DNA of 61,613 nucleotides, counting the filler, from an uncultured Clostridia bacterium (GTDB lineage: Bacteria; CAYTYR01; UBA6262): assembly GCA_964441745.1 (NCBI GenBank). It is 5 parts of 5 records of this genome, joined end to end, with 100 filler letters (N's around TTAATTAATTAA, not from the genome) between each part and the next. Parts side by side here need not be neighbours in the genome. Positions count along the whole stretch, not along the records: positions 35,745 to 48,474 come from CAYTYR010000034.1; positions 48,575 to 55,153 come from CAYTYR010000037.1; 3 more parts are not named here. The stretch is one strand, 5' to 3'. Of this stretch, positions 45,739 through 55,253 are shown one piece after another; the first letter of the stretch is position 1, and each line of letters opens with the position of its first letter. The notes beneath the pieces were generated by a model. It was not told the DNA's origin, searched no databases, and saw only the letters and a program-made list of their open reading frames with translations. The position numbers were made by a program, and so were the translations under genes.

Positions 45739-47301
45739 ATGCTTTTAAGCTTCACGAAATCTAATAAATTTCGTATTAACTTTTTTATCATTAGTTTCCT
45801 ATTGCTGATATTATTCCGGCAAATGGCGCATGAGTTTGCCATTTCTATCGGCTATATGTATATCCTCCTGATCACTTTGGCGGCTTCCTGGTATGGCTTA
45901 AAAGGAGGACTTTCCGCAGCCATTATCTCTTGCCTTGTTTTTACCGTTGAAGCGCTGATTTATAAAGGCTGGCCTGGCCGGCAGTTTGTGTATCACGGGA
46001 TATTATTAAGATTTCTGGCTTACTTGGTGAACGGGATCGTGATCGGTTATATTGTGGATATGTGCGAGGCTATGTCCGATGAAAAGAATACGATCAAGGA
46101 CCAATTAAAGAAAATACATAATCATATACGGGAAAATCTGTTGGAGCTTTTCCCCTCCAGTCCGATCCGGCAGGGTGTGATCATTATGGGCTTCATTTTA
46201 TTGATTATCCTGCGTCAAGCAGTTCATTCATTTGGGGTTTCCCTGGGTTACTTATACATACTTTTAATTTCCATTGCCGGGTTATGGTTCGGCGTAAAGG
46301 GCGGGATCATTACGGCTTTAGTCTCTACCTGTATTTTCCTGGTCGAACTCACTATTTTCTCCACCTGGCCAGCCCGTGACCTGGTATTTAAAGGCATGTT
46401 CCTGAGATTTTTTGCTTTCTTTACTGAAGGTATCCTTATGGGGTACTTGTATGAAATAGAAAATAAATTAATAGTTGAAACTAAAGTTAAAAAAGAACTG
46501 GAAGAGTTAGCCTATCATGATGAGCTTACAAAATGCATAAATTACCGCTGGATCATGCAGCTGCTGGAAAAAGAAATGGCTTTAGCCAAGCGCTATGTCC
46601 GGGAAATGACCGTGGTTATGATCGACATAGACCATTTTAAAAAAATAAATGATCAATACAATCATCAAGTAGGCAATGAAGTCTTGAGAGCTCTGGCCCA
46701 AGATATTACTGAAAACCTGCGAGAGGTTGACTCGGTCGGCCGCTTTGGCGGCGATGAATTCCTGTTGATCCTGCCGGAAGCATCTGCTGAGCAGATCCTT
46801 TCGGTCATGAACCGTATTAAATTTGTGGCTGAGAATACTAAAATAGACACTGGATACTTGGAAGGGAAACAGCCGCCGCTGGTTACCTTTAGCGCCGGGG
46901 TGGCTTCGTTCCCAACTAACGGCCGGACTACCAATGAATTACTGGAAGCGGTTGATAAAGCCCTCTACCTGGCCAAGAAGAACGGCCGTAACCAGGTCAG
47001 GATCGAAAAGAGAAGATGGCTGCGGATTAAACCTAAACAAAAGATCAAGGTCCAAATCAGTGAAGGGGCTAAAAAATTCTTTAAGGAGCCACTGGAGATC
47101 CTGGATGTTTCCCAGCGGGGGATGCTGGTCTATACAGAGGAAAAGATCCCCCTGCTGCAAGATTTGCAATGCCGCATTACCTTGGACAATGGCCGGCCGG
47201 CTGATTATAAATGCCGGGGCGTGCATGAAGATAAATTGGCTAATCATCTCTATCGGCTCGGTTTATTTATGAGTGAGTCCTTCCTGCCAGTGTCCGAATA
47301 A
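45739..47301 (+). CDS. Membrane diguanylate cyclase with duplicated TM module and C-terminal PilZ
   Basis: DIDHFKKIND, I-site REVD, GGDEF; PilZ KRRWLR...DVSQRG. Confidence 0.9.
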   Translation: MLLSFTKSNKFRINFFIISFLLLILFRQMAHEFAISIGYMYILLITLAASWYGLKGGLSAAIISCLVFTVEALIYKGWPGRQFVYHGILLRFLAYLVNGIVIGYIVDMCEAMSDEKNTIKDQLKKIHNHIRENLLELFPSSPIRQGVIIMGFILLIILRQAVHSFGVSLGYLYILLISIAGLWFGVKGGIITALVSTCIFLVELTIFSTWPARDLVFKGMFLRFFAFFTEGILMGYLYEIENKLIVETKVKKELEELAYHDELTKCINYRWIMQLLEKEMALAKRYVREMTVVMIDIDHFKKINDQYNHQVGNEVLRALAQDITENLREVDSVGRFGGDEFLLILPEASAEQILSVMNRIKFVAENTKIDTGYLEGKQPPLVTFSAGVASFPTNGRTTNELLEAVDKALYLAKKNGRNQVRIEKRRWLRIKPKQKIKVQISEGAKKFFKEPLEILDVSQRGMLVYTEEKIPLLQDLQCRITLDNGRPADYKCRGVHEDKLANHLYRLGLFMSESFLPVSE

Positions 47302-47339
47302 CCCAGCAGCTTACCGGCCTGACATCCATAAAATAATTG

Positions 47340-47377
47340 TTGACAATAGTATTAAATAGGACTATAATAGTCTTATT
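47340..47377 (+). promoter_or_regulatory. Consensus sigma70 promoter with overlapping inverted repeat
   Basis: TTGACA-N17-TATAAT; AATAGGACTAT-A-ATAGTCTTATT over the -10. Confidence 0.75.
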
Positions 47378-47413
47378 AATATAATGATATAAATATTAAA
47401 AGGAGGATGAATC

Positions 47414-47992
47414 ATGGGCCAGTCATTAAAAGGCACTAAAACTGAAAAGAATCTCTTGGCTTCATTTGCCGGGGAATCACAGGCCAGGAACCGGTATACT
47501 TATTTCGTAGGTGTGGCTAAAAAAGAAGGTTACGAACAGATAGCGGCGATATTCCAGGATACAGCGGATAATGAAAAAGAGCATGCTAAGGTTTTTTTCA
47601 AATTCCTGGAAGGCGGGGAAACAGAAATTACGGCTGCCTATCCTGCCGGAAAGATCGGTACTACTCTGGAAAATCTGAAAGCCGCCGCGGCCGGTGAGAA
47701 TATGGAATGGGGCCTGCTTTACCCGAATGCCGCCAAGATAGCCGAAGAAGAGGGATTTAAGGAAGTTGCCGCTGCTTTCAAGAATATCGCAAAAGTGGAG
47801 AAAGGGCATGAACAGCGGTATTTGGCTTTGGCCAAGAATATTGAGCATAAACAGGTTTTCAAAAAAGACCAGCCGGTACGCTGGCGCTGTCGCAACTGTG
47901 GATACATCCATGAAGGGCCAAATGCTCCGGAATTGTGCCCAGCCTGCAAGCATCCGCAAGCTTATTATGAAGTATCAGCGGAAAACTATTAA
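47414..47992 (+). CDS. rbr: Rubrerythrin
   Basis: FAGESQARNRY, E.EHA, E..HE, C-terminal WRCRNCGY...CPAC.H. Confidence 0.95.
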   Translation: MGQSLKGTKTEKNLLASFAGESQARNRYTYFVGVAKKEGYEQIAAIFQDTADNEKEHAKVFFKFLEGGETEITAAYPAGKIGTTLENLKAAAAGENMEWGLLYPNAAKIAEEEGFKEVAAAFKNIAKVEKGHEQRYLALAKNIEHKQVFKKDQPVRWRCRNCGYIHEGPNAPELCPACKHPQAYYEVSAENY

Positions 47993-48032
47993 ACAGTGAT
48001 AGAGTGATAGAGTGGTAGAGTGGTAAAAAAAG

Positions 48033-48474
48033 ATGAAAAGAATAATTTTATTTTTGGTATTAAGTTTGGGATTGTTTGGCTTGGCGGAGGGACGGATGCC
48101 TACTGAAAAAGCTACTTTTGCGGCTGGTTGTTTCTGGGGTGTGGAGGAAGCTTTCCTGAAGGTCAAAGGCGTGCTGGCCACAACTGTCGGCTATACCGGC
48201 GGCCATTTCCAAAAACCTACCTATGAAAATGTGTGTGCGGGAAAAACCGGACATGCTGAAGCTGTCCTGGTAGAATATGACCCGGCAGTGGTTAGTTATG
48301 AGAAATTATTAGAGGTGTTCTGGAAAATACATGATCCGACCCAGCTCAATCAACAAGGTCCGGATAAAGGCAGCCAATACCGGTCAGTGATTTTCTTCCA
48401 TTCTGCAAAACAAAAGGCCGCTGCTCTCGAGTCTAAAGCAGACCTGCAGCACTCGGGCCGATATCAGGAGCCAA
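48033..48474 (+). CDS. msrA: Methionine-(S)-sulfoxide reductase with signal peptide (3' truncated by gap)
   Basis: GCFWG, GYTGG..PTY..VC...TGHAE, HDPT..N.QG.D.G.QYRS. Confidence 0.93.
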
Positions 48475-48574
48475 NNNNNNNNNNNNNNNNNNNNNNNNNN
48501 NNNNNNNNNNNNNNNNNNTTAATTAATTAANNNNNNNNNNNNNNNNNNNNNNNNNNNNNNNNNNNNNNNNNNNN
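48475..48574. other. Artificial contig linker
   Basis: N44-TTAATTAATTAA-N44. Confidence 0.98.
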
Positions 48575-48709
48575 CAAAACAATTTTAGAATCTTCTATTA
48601 TTTTGGCACATTCATCCTTATTTATTATTCTTTTTTCATTAAAATCAACTGGACGAATAATTACTTTCCAATATCCTTTTTCTTTAATTTTATCTATTAG
48701 CTTTTGCAT
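48575..48709 (-). CDS. Hypothetical protein, 5' part only (coupled to the AlbA-like gene)
   Basis: ATG 2 nt after upstream stop; IK.KGYWKVIIRP motif; AT-rich. Confidence 0.6.
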
Positions 48710-48711
48710 AG

Positions 48712-49410
48712 TTATTGTAATTTATCCCTTTTTAAGAATTTTCTATACTGTACTTCTGATTTGGCTTTCTTCACTTTTATAGCTTTTGATTTTAAATATT
48801 TAAATTTTACCGTTTTACAAACTGCTTCTAAATCTTTATAAATAATTTCCTCTTTACGACCTAATAGATTGCGAATTAACTCAGCCCATTCTTCATTTGT
48901 TTTGATCACTCTAGATTCTATAGGATCAGAAAGAGATCTAATATATAATTTTCCTTCTTCAAGCCGGCACCGACGATCCCTCGTTCTGTAATTATAGGTG
49001 CAAATTACAGGAACTGCTTCTTGTGATTCATAGACCTGCACTACTATAAATCTCTTATTAGCAGTTCCAATTTCAACAACTCCCCCAAATACTTCAAAAC
49101 TTATTGCCTGATTTGTTTTGCCTGAGAAAAAGCGAGCAATATCATCTTTACTGTCAAAGGAATTAAATTGCTTTATAGTCAAACCAGATCTTTCAAATAT
49201 ATTCCCATCTGTGCGGTCTCTCTGCTGAGTTATACCAAAAACTACAAACCCACCGTTTGTTATATTAGATAAAGCAAAAACTGCTTTCGCAATTTCAAAT
49301 TTTCTCTTATGTTGACCTTTATGCCAATGCAGTGGAGGTTTAAATTCCCATCTTCTTTCTTCTGTGCCATATTGAATATAATTAATCATTTCAGGTGTTA
49401 ATATTCGCAT
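48712..49410 (-). CDS. AlbA_2/Schlafen-like domain protein
   Basis: TEERRWEFK, A..ALSN..GG.VVFGI, G..YIR motifs; AT-rich. Confidence 0.75.
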   Translation of the reverse strand: MRILTPEMINYIQYGTEERRWEFKPPLHWHKGQHKRKFEIAKAVFALSNITNGGFVVFGITQQRDRTDGNIFERSGLTIKQFNSFDSKDDIARFFSGKTNQAISFEVFGGVVEIGTANKRFIVVQVYESQEAVPVICTYNYRTRDRRCRLEEGKLYIRSLSDPIESRVIKTNEEWAELIRNLLGRKEEIIYKDLEAVCKTVKFKYLKSKAIKVKKAKSEVQYRKFLKRDKLQ

Positions 49411-49444
49411 AAATATTCTTTTAAAATTGCCATTTTAAATTACC

Positions 49445-51202
49445 TTATCTCAACTTTATATGCAACTCTCTTAATTGTTTTTCTCCCACTGCTCCAGGAG
49501 CATCAGTCAAGAGACAGATCGCTTTCTGGGTTTTGGGGAAAGCGATCACTTCCCGGATGGAAGTTTCACCCAGCATCAAAGTCACCAGGCGGTCCAAGCC
49601 AGGGGCTATACCGCCATGCGGTGGCGCGCCATATTCAAAAGCTTCCAGCAGGAATCCGAATTTCTCCTTGGCCTCTTCCGCGCCGATCCCTAAAGTTTTA
49701 AAGACCCTTTCCTGGATCTCCTTGCGGTGAATACGGATACTGCCAGAGGCGATTTCCGTCCCGTTCAGGACCAGGTCATAGGACTGGGAACGCATCTGGC
49801 CCGGGTCAGTTTCGAAATAATCCACATCATCGTAGTTAGGCGCTGTGAAAGGATGATGCTCGCTCTCCCAGCGTTTTTCTTCATCATTATACTGGAACAT
49901 CGGGAAGTCAACCACCCAGAGGAAATTGAATTCCTTCTTATTGATCAGATTCAGTTTTTCTCCCAGGTGCAGGCGCAGCCGTCCCAGGCTCTCGGTCACG
50001 ATCTTGGGCACATCAGCCACGATCAGGATCATATCATTTTCTTTAGCCTGCATGGTTTCCTGCAATTTGGCCAATACTTCTGGCTTAAAGAATTTGGCGA
50101 TGGGAGAATCCATTCCCTGCGCGGTGATCTTAAACCAGGCCAATCCCTTGGCCCCGAATTCATTGGCCAGTTTGGTCAAGTCTTCTATTTCTTTGCGGGA
50201 ATACCCGGCAATCCCCGGAGCGCAAATTGCCCGGATCACGCCATTGTTCTTTGCCACTTCGGCAAAAACCTTGAAATCCGTATCCTTGACTACAGCCGTG
50301 ATATCCTTGATCTCCAGGCCAAACCGCAGGTCTGGCTTGTCACTGCCGTATTTGCTCTTGGCCTCAGCATAGGTCAGGCGCGGGAAAGGAGTTTTTAATT
50401 CCACGTTCATCATTTTTTGGAACACTGTGGACATTAGTCCTTCGCACAGGGCAAAAATATCTTCCTGGGTGACAAAAGACATTTCCATATCAATTTGCGT
50501 ATGCTCAGGCTGGCGGTCAGCGCGCAGGTCCTCATCACGGAAACACTTAGCGATCTGGAAATACTTCTCCATCCCGGCGACCATCAGCATTTGCTTGAAC
50601 AATTGCGGTGACTGCGGGAGAGCGAAAAACATATTCGGGTGCACGCGTGACGGCACCAGGTAATCCCTGGCTCCTTCTGGCGTGGACTTAGTCAGGATCG
50701 GAGTTTCCACTTCCACAAATCCCTGGTTATCCAGGTAATCCCGGATCACCTTCACCGTTTTATAACGGAAGATCAAATTATTTTTCATTCTGGGCCGGCG
50801 CAAGTCAAGATAGCGGTACTTTAGCCGGTTATCTTCATTCACTTCAGTTTCATCCGCTACTTCAAAAGGCAAGGTTTTGCTGGGATTCAAAACTTCAAAT
50901 TTTGCCGCTGATACTTCTATTTCACCAGTGGGTAATTTAGAATTCTCTGTGCCCGCCGGCCGCAAATTTACCTGCCCAGTCACGGTTATTACAAATTCAC
51001 TGCGCAGTTTTTCTGCTTCCTTGAATAATTCTTCTCCGGTGTTTTGGGTATTGAATACCACCTGGGTCAATCCGGCGCGGTCGCGCAGATCGATAAAGAT
51101 CAGTCCGCCATGATCCCGGCGGCTATGGACCCAACCGACCAGGATTACTGTTTGGTTAATGTTATTTTTCGTCAATTCTCCACAGGTATGCGTTCTTTTC
51201 AC
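49445..51202 (-). CDS. aspS: Aspartyl-tRNA synthetase (likely non-discriminating)
   Basis: RTHTCGEL, RRDHGGLIFIDLRD, STPEGARD, PQSPQLFKQ, FRDEDLRADRQPE, GAPPHGG...GLDR. Confidence 0.97.
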   Translation of the reverse strand: MKRTHTCGELTKNNINQTVILVGWVHSRRDHGGLIFIDLRDRAGLTQVVFNTQNTGEELFKEAEKLRSEFVITVTGQVNLRPAGTENSKLPTGEIEVSAAKFEVLNPSKTLPFEVADETEVNEDNRLKYRYLDLRRPRMKNNLIFRYKTVKVIRDYLDNQGFVEVETPILTKSTPEGARDYLVPSRVHPNMFFALPQSPQLFKQMLMVAGMEKYFQIAKCFRDEDLRADRQPEHTQIDMEMSFVTQEDIFALCEGLMSTVFQKMMNVELKTPFPRLTYAEAKSKYGSDKPDLRFGLEIKDITAVVKDTDFKVFAEVAKNNGVIRAICAPGIAGYSRKEIEDLTKLANEFGAKGLAWFKITAQGMDSPIAKFFKPEVLAKLQETMQAKENDMILIVADVPKIVTESLGRLRLHLGEKLNLINKKEFNFLWVVDFPMFQYNDEEKRWESEHHPFTAPNYDDVDYFETDPGQMRSQSYDLVLNGTEIASGSIRIHRKEIQERVFKTLGIGAEEAKEKFGFLLEAFEYGAPPHGGIAPGLDRLVTLMLGETSIREVIAFPKTQKAICLLTDAPGAVGEKQLRELHIKLR

Positions 51203-51236
51203 TAGTTTCTTCCCTTCTTAAATAAGATTACACAGA

Positions 51237-52502
51237 TTATTTCAGCTTAAGTTCTTTTAAATAACAAGAGAGGTCATTCATCTTTATTTCTTTCTGTTCC
51301 TTGGTCTGCATATCCCGTACCATGGCGATACCTTTCCTGATTTCTTCATCGCCGATAATAACGGTAATCTTGGCTTTGCCCTGGTCAGCCTGGCGCATCT
51401 GGCTCTTCAGGCTTTTATCTTCCAGGCCGGCTTCCACCCTCAGGCCGCTCTGCCGCAGGTCGCGAATGAAATTAAAAGCTTCCTGTTGGGCCTGTTTTCC
51501 CAGCAGGGCGAAATAAATATCCACCCAAGTTTCCATCAGAGCGCCGGCTCTTTGTTTTTTGAGCGCTTCAGTCACTCTTTCTATCCCCAGGGCAAATCCT
51601 ACCGCTGGCAATTCCGGCCCGCCAAGTTCCTTAACCAGCTTATCATAGCGGCCGCCTGCCGCCACCGCATCCTGGGCGCCCAGGCTCTCTGATTTTATTT
51701 CAAACACTACCCGGGTATAATAATCAAGCCCCCGGACCAGGAATTTATCAATGTTAAAAGCAATATTTTCTTTTTGCAGCGCCTGCTGGACATCCTGAAA
51801 ATTATCCCGGCAGGACTGGCACAGGTAATTCTCCATCGCCGGTATCCGGTTCACTACCTGGCGGCAAGTCTCTACCTTGCAATCCAATACCCGCAACGGA
51901 TTACGCGCCATTCGCCGCTGGCAATCGGCGCATAATTGCGCTGAATTTTCCTGCAGGAATTTTTGCAGGACCTCCCGGTAGGCCGGACGGCATTCAGGAC
52001 AACCTACGCTGTTGATATAAACTTTAATGCCCGCCAGGCCGATACGCGAGAAAAATTCCACGCACCATAAAATGATCTCTACATCCCGCCAGTAACTGCT
52101 GGACCCGATACTTTCCGCCCCGATCTGGTAAAATTGGCGGTATCTCCCGGCCTGCGGCCGCTCATAGCGGAACATCGGCCCCAAGTAATACAGCTTGGTG
52201 AGATTACCCTGAGTCAGGAGATTATTTTCGATTGCCGCCCGGACTACTCCGGCGGTGCCTTCCGGCCGCAAAGTCAGGCTGCGGCCTTTTTTATCGGGAA
52301 AAGTGTACATTTCTTTTTCGACAATATCAGTGTCTTCACCGATACTGCGGTTAAATAAACCTGATTCTTCAAAAATGGGCGTGCGGATTTCATTAAAACC
52401 ATAATCCTGCAGTAGTTCAACTGCGGTTTTTTCCAGGTACTGCCAGAGTTCGATCTCTGGCGGACAAATATCTTTAGCGCCTCTGACGCTGTTGTATTTC
52501 AT
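51237..52502 (-). CDS. hisS: Histidyl-tRNA synthetase
   Basis: LRPEGTA, FRYERPQAGRYRQF.Q, LVRGLDYY, GGRYD, GFALG.ER. Confidence 0.97.
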   Translation of the reverse strand: MKYNSVRGAKDICPPEIELWQYLEKTAVELLQDYGFNEIRTPIFEESGLFNRSIGEDTDIVEKEMYTFPDKKGRSLTLRPEGTAGVVRAAIENNLLTQGNLTKLYYLGPMFRYERPQAGRYRQFYQIGAESIGSSSYWRDVEIILWCVEFFSRIGLAGIKVYINSVGCPECRPAYREVLQKFLQENSAQLCADCQRRMARNPLRVLDCKVETCRQVVNRIPAMENYLCQSCRDNFQDVQQALQKENIAFNIDKFLVRGLDYYTRVVFEIKSESLGAQDAVAAGGRYDKLVKELGGPELPAVGFALGIERVTEALKKQRAGALMETWVDIYFALLGKQAQQEAFNFIRDLRQSGLRVEAGLEDKSLKSQMRQADQGKAKITVIIGDEEIRKGIAMVRDMQTKEQKEIKMNDLSCYLKELKLK

Positions 52503-52658
52503 GAAACCCTCAAGTTAAATTCTAAGCACTAAATTCTAAACTCTAAACAATTTCAAAACTCTAAATTCTAATGTTCTAAACATCTTACTATTTAAATTTT
52601 GGGTAATTAGTGCTTATTTAGAATTTAGAATTTAGAGCTTAGATATTAGAATTTATTT

Positions 52659-53576
52659 TTACAGTCTGTATACAATATTCTCTATGCCATTATTGGCGCT
52701 GCATTCCAAAACCTGGGTCGCCTGGTCATGCAGGTCAGACAAAACCTGGCCAACCTCTCCCGGTTGTTGGTGCGTAAACACTTCCAGCATAAAAATATCC
52801 CGGTACCCGATCTCTTTTAATCCGGTCATGATGCCAGCCCAAGGCACCCGGCCGTCACCTGGCGGCAGGTGATCATCAAATTGCCCGTGATTATCGGATA
52901 AATGCAGGCTAATGACCTTCTTATTAAAACTTTTCAGCATCCCCAACGGGTCCTGCGTCAGGTTGGCGTGTGAAGTATCAAAACAAATACCTACGTTTTC
53001 TGTATAGATGGCATCGATGAGCTGGTTCAGGTCATGAGCCTGGCCACCCAGCAAATGCGGCAGCAGGTTTTCCACTGCCAGCCGGACATGCTTGGTCTTA
53101 CAATATTCAATTAACTCAATCAGGCTTTCCTGGCATTTATTCAAGCGTCGGTATTTTTCATCCTGGTTATTCAAATCAAAAGCCTGCATACTGGGATGGA
53201 CAATAGCGATCTCGCCGGATAAATAGTGCAGTACATCAATACCTTTTTTGTATTCCCAGACCGCATGGACCCGGGTCCCTTCATCCAAGCTGGACAGGTC
53301 CATACCCGGCCAGACCGGCAAATGCAGTGAATGCACGAAAATACCGTGCTCTTTCAGCTTGTTGCGCAGGTTATAAGAATGGATTTTCTGCTGCCATATT
53401 TCTAATCCCTCTTTTAATAAAAAATTAGCATTATTATGAGCGACAGGGCTCGGCAGTCCCCATTCAATGGTATCCAGGCAGATCTCGATCACTTCAAATC
53501 CAGCGTCCTTGATCACAGGTAAATACGGAATCACATCATAATCATGGAAAAATCCCGTGGAAAGACCTAGCTGCAA
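52659..53576 (-). CDS. Xylose-isomerase/AP-endonuclease-2 TIM-barrel metalloenzyme
   Basis: S.H.P, VHP, AVENL, CFDTSHA, HLSDN.G..D.HLPPG.G, MLEV. Confidence 0.85.
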   Translation of the reverse strand: MQLGLSTGFFHDYDVIPYLPVIKDAGFEVIEICLDTIEWGLPSPVAHNNANFLLKEGLEIWQQKIHSYNLRNKLKEHGIFVHSLHLPVWPGMDLSSLDEGTRVHAVWEYKKGIDVLHYLSGEIAIVHPSMQAFDLNNQDEKYRRLNKCQESLIELIEYCKTKHVRLAVENLLPHLLGGQAHDLNQLIDAIYTENVGICFDTSHANLTQDPLGMLKSFNKKVISLHLSDNHGQFDDHLPPGDGRVPWAGIMTGLKEIGYRDIFMLEVFTHQQPGEVGQVLSDLHDQATQVLECSANNGIENIVYRL

Positions 53577-53691
53577 TTTAGCCCCCCATTTAAGACCTAA
53601 TACGCATATAGCTTATAGCGTATGGCTTATGGTAAAGACGATTTTGTTTGATTATTAGCTATGAGCCATTTGCGCTCTTGTTTTTAGCGTT

Positions 53692-55080
53692 TTATATTTT
53701 GTAGTTGGACAAATTAAAACCGCACCAGGGTTTGACGCAGTAGCCCTTTTCCTGATGGGAAATACAATTCAGATCCCGCTCATCGTCAAGATGGTCAGCG
53801 ATCAATCCGGCAAACAGGCGCACATAAAACTGAGCCCGGGTGCAGGCGTCATATTTAGACCAGAAATTACCCCAGCGGAAATCCCGTTCATATTTTGAGC
53901 GGATCAAGCCGGCAATATGTTTGGGATGCCAGTTCATTTTAGTCAAGACCCGGACGATCAGCTGGATATTAGTTGGTTTTAATAAATTATTATTTGGATA
54001 GCGCAAAGCGTGCGCAGCGCAAACCGGCAGGATATCAATTTTAAAATAGTCGTAACTGCGCGGCCATTCTTCCGGTGGATGCGAATATTCCCGGTCATAA
54101 TACCGGTGAAACTTATATAATTGTGAATGCTTGTAACTATTAATCAGTTTGCTTAAGGCCTTGGTCACATCCGGGATAGTGGTCTGCACCTGCGCGGCAT
54201 AGATCGCAGATTTATTAAAATCCTGGCGTAATTCCAGTAATTCTTTCAGGCTCAGGTCAATCCGGGGCAAGGTGATCTGGATCGGAGTTGATTCAGCTAC
54301 TAACTTGGTATACTTTTGCTGCTGGACTTTATGTTTCTGGTATAAGCTGAAAGCGCAGCGCATGTCGCGGATATTCATCGGATCGCCATACATGGACAAA
54401 TCGAGATTGATCGCCTCGCGCCCTTCCCCGCCCTTGCCCACCGCGGTATCAGTGCAAACTACCGGTATCTGCGTATGCAGCCGCACTTCCTTGATCACTA
54501 AATGCGATATGTATTCCAGAATCCGGCCCATGCCGTCATGCGCCAGGTTAAAACGTAAAGCTTCCAGGTTGGCCATGGACAAGTCACGAGTCGAAGCCAG
54601 GTTATCGCTTAATTTACCTATTTTTTCCAAAGTCTTATTGGCTTTAGAGTCTCTTTTTATTTGAAAAGCAAAATGATACCCCTGACCGGTCATAATAACG
54701 AGGGGATAAATATCCAGCCGCTGGAAGACTTTCAGGATAGCTTTGTACACCACTTCCATTCTGGTAAAAACTTCTTCCGGCTGCAAATACACTTTACCGG
54801 GAAAATCCATATTAAAATATTCAATATCCAAAACGCCCACGGTATAGTTCAAGTCGCTGACGGAACGGAAGATATCCAACCCTTTTCCCAGTATCCAGTC
54901 AAACTTATCCTTGGAAGTGGAAATAAAGTTGCGCGCATTAATATCTTCTTCCTGCAGCGCAGTACCGTACCCTACCAGGTACTGGGCGGAAAAGCCGTCT
55001 GGGTCATGAGCTTCACCCCCGCAATATTCGGCTATCCGTTTACGCACATGGGCATTACGGTAGAATTCTTTATCTGGCAT
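53692..55080 (-). CDS. Uncharacterised protein: AEP primase-like domain + PriL-like Cys4 C-terminal domain
   Basis: VLDIE, MTGQGYH, DLSMYGD...RDMRCAFS..QK; LPVC...NCISHQEKGYC...WC; GGGAGA RBS. Confidence 0.7.
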   Translation of the reverse strand: MPDKEFYRNAHVRKRIAEYCGGEAHDPDGFSAQYLVGYGTALQEEDINARNFISTSKDKFDWILGKGLDIFRSVSDLNYTVGVLDIEYFNMDFPGKVYLQPEEVFTRMEVVYKAILKVFQRLDIYPLVIMTGQGYHFAFQIKRDSKANKTLEKIGKLSDNLASTRDLSMANLEALRFNLAHDGMGRILEYISHLVIKEVRLHTQIPVVCTDTAVGKGGEGREAINLDLSMYGDPMNIRDMRCAFSLYQKHKVQQQKYTKLVAESTPIQITLPRIDLSLKELLELRQDFNKSAIYAAQVQTTIPDVTKALSKLINSYKHSQLYKFHRYYDREYSHPPEEWPRSYDYFKIDILPVCAAHALRYPNNNLLKPTNIQLIVRVLTKMNWHPKHIAGLIRSKYERDFRWGNFWSKYDACTRAQFYVRLFAGLIADHLDDERDLNCISHQEKGYCVKPWCGFNLSNYKI

Positions 55081-55153
55081 TTTTCTCCCTGCGGATGCAA
55101 ACAGATTATCAGTATCTGTCTGAATCCAGCTTATTATCCGTCTAAATCGTTCT

Positions 55154-55253
55154 NNNNNNNNNNNNNNNNNNNNNNNNNNNNNNNNNNNNNNNNNNNNTTA
55201 ATTAATTAANNNNNNNNNNNNNNNNNNNNNNNNNNNNNNNNNNNNNNNNNNNN
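55154..55253. other. Artificial contig linker
   Basis: N44-TTAATTAATTAA-N44. Confidence 0.98.

Noticed and set aside
49475-50663. Several plus-strand ORFs up to 223 aa
   Set aside because: Antisense shadows of aspS
4783-51238. CRISPR array from AATCTGTGTAATC or heptamer repeats
   Set aside because: Units too short, at most two per site, no 30-40-nt spacers, no cas genes
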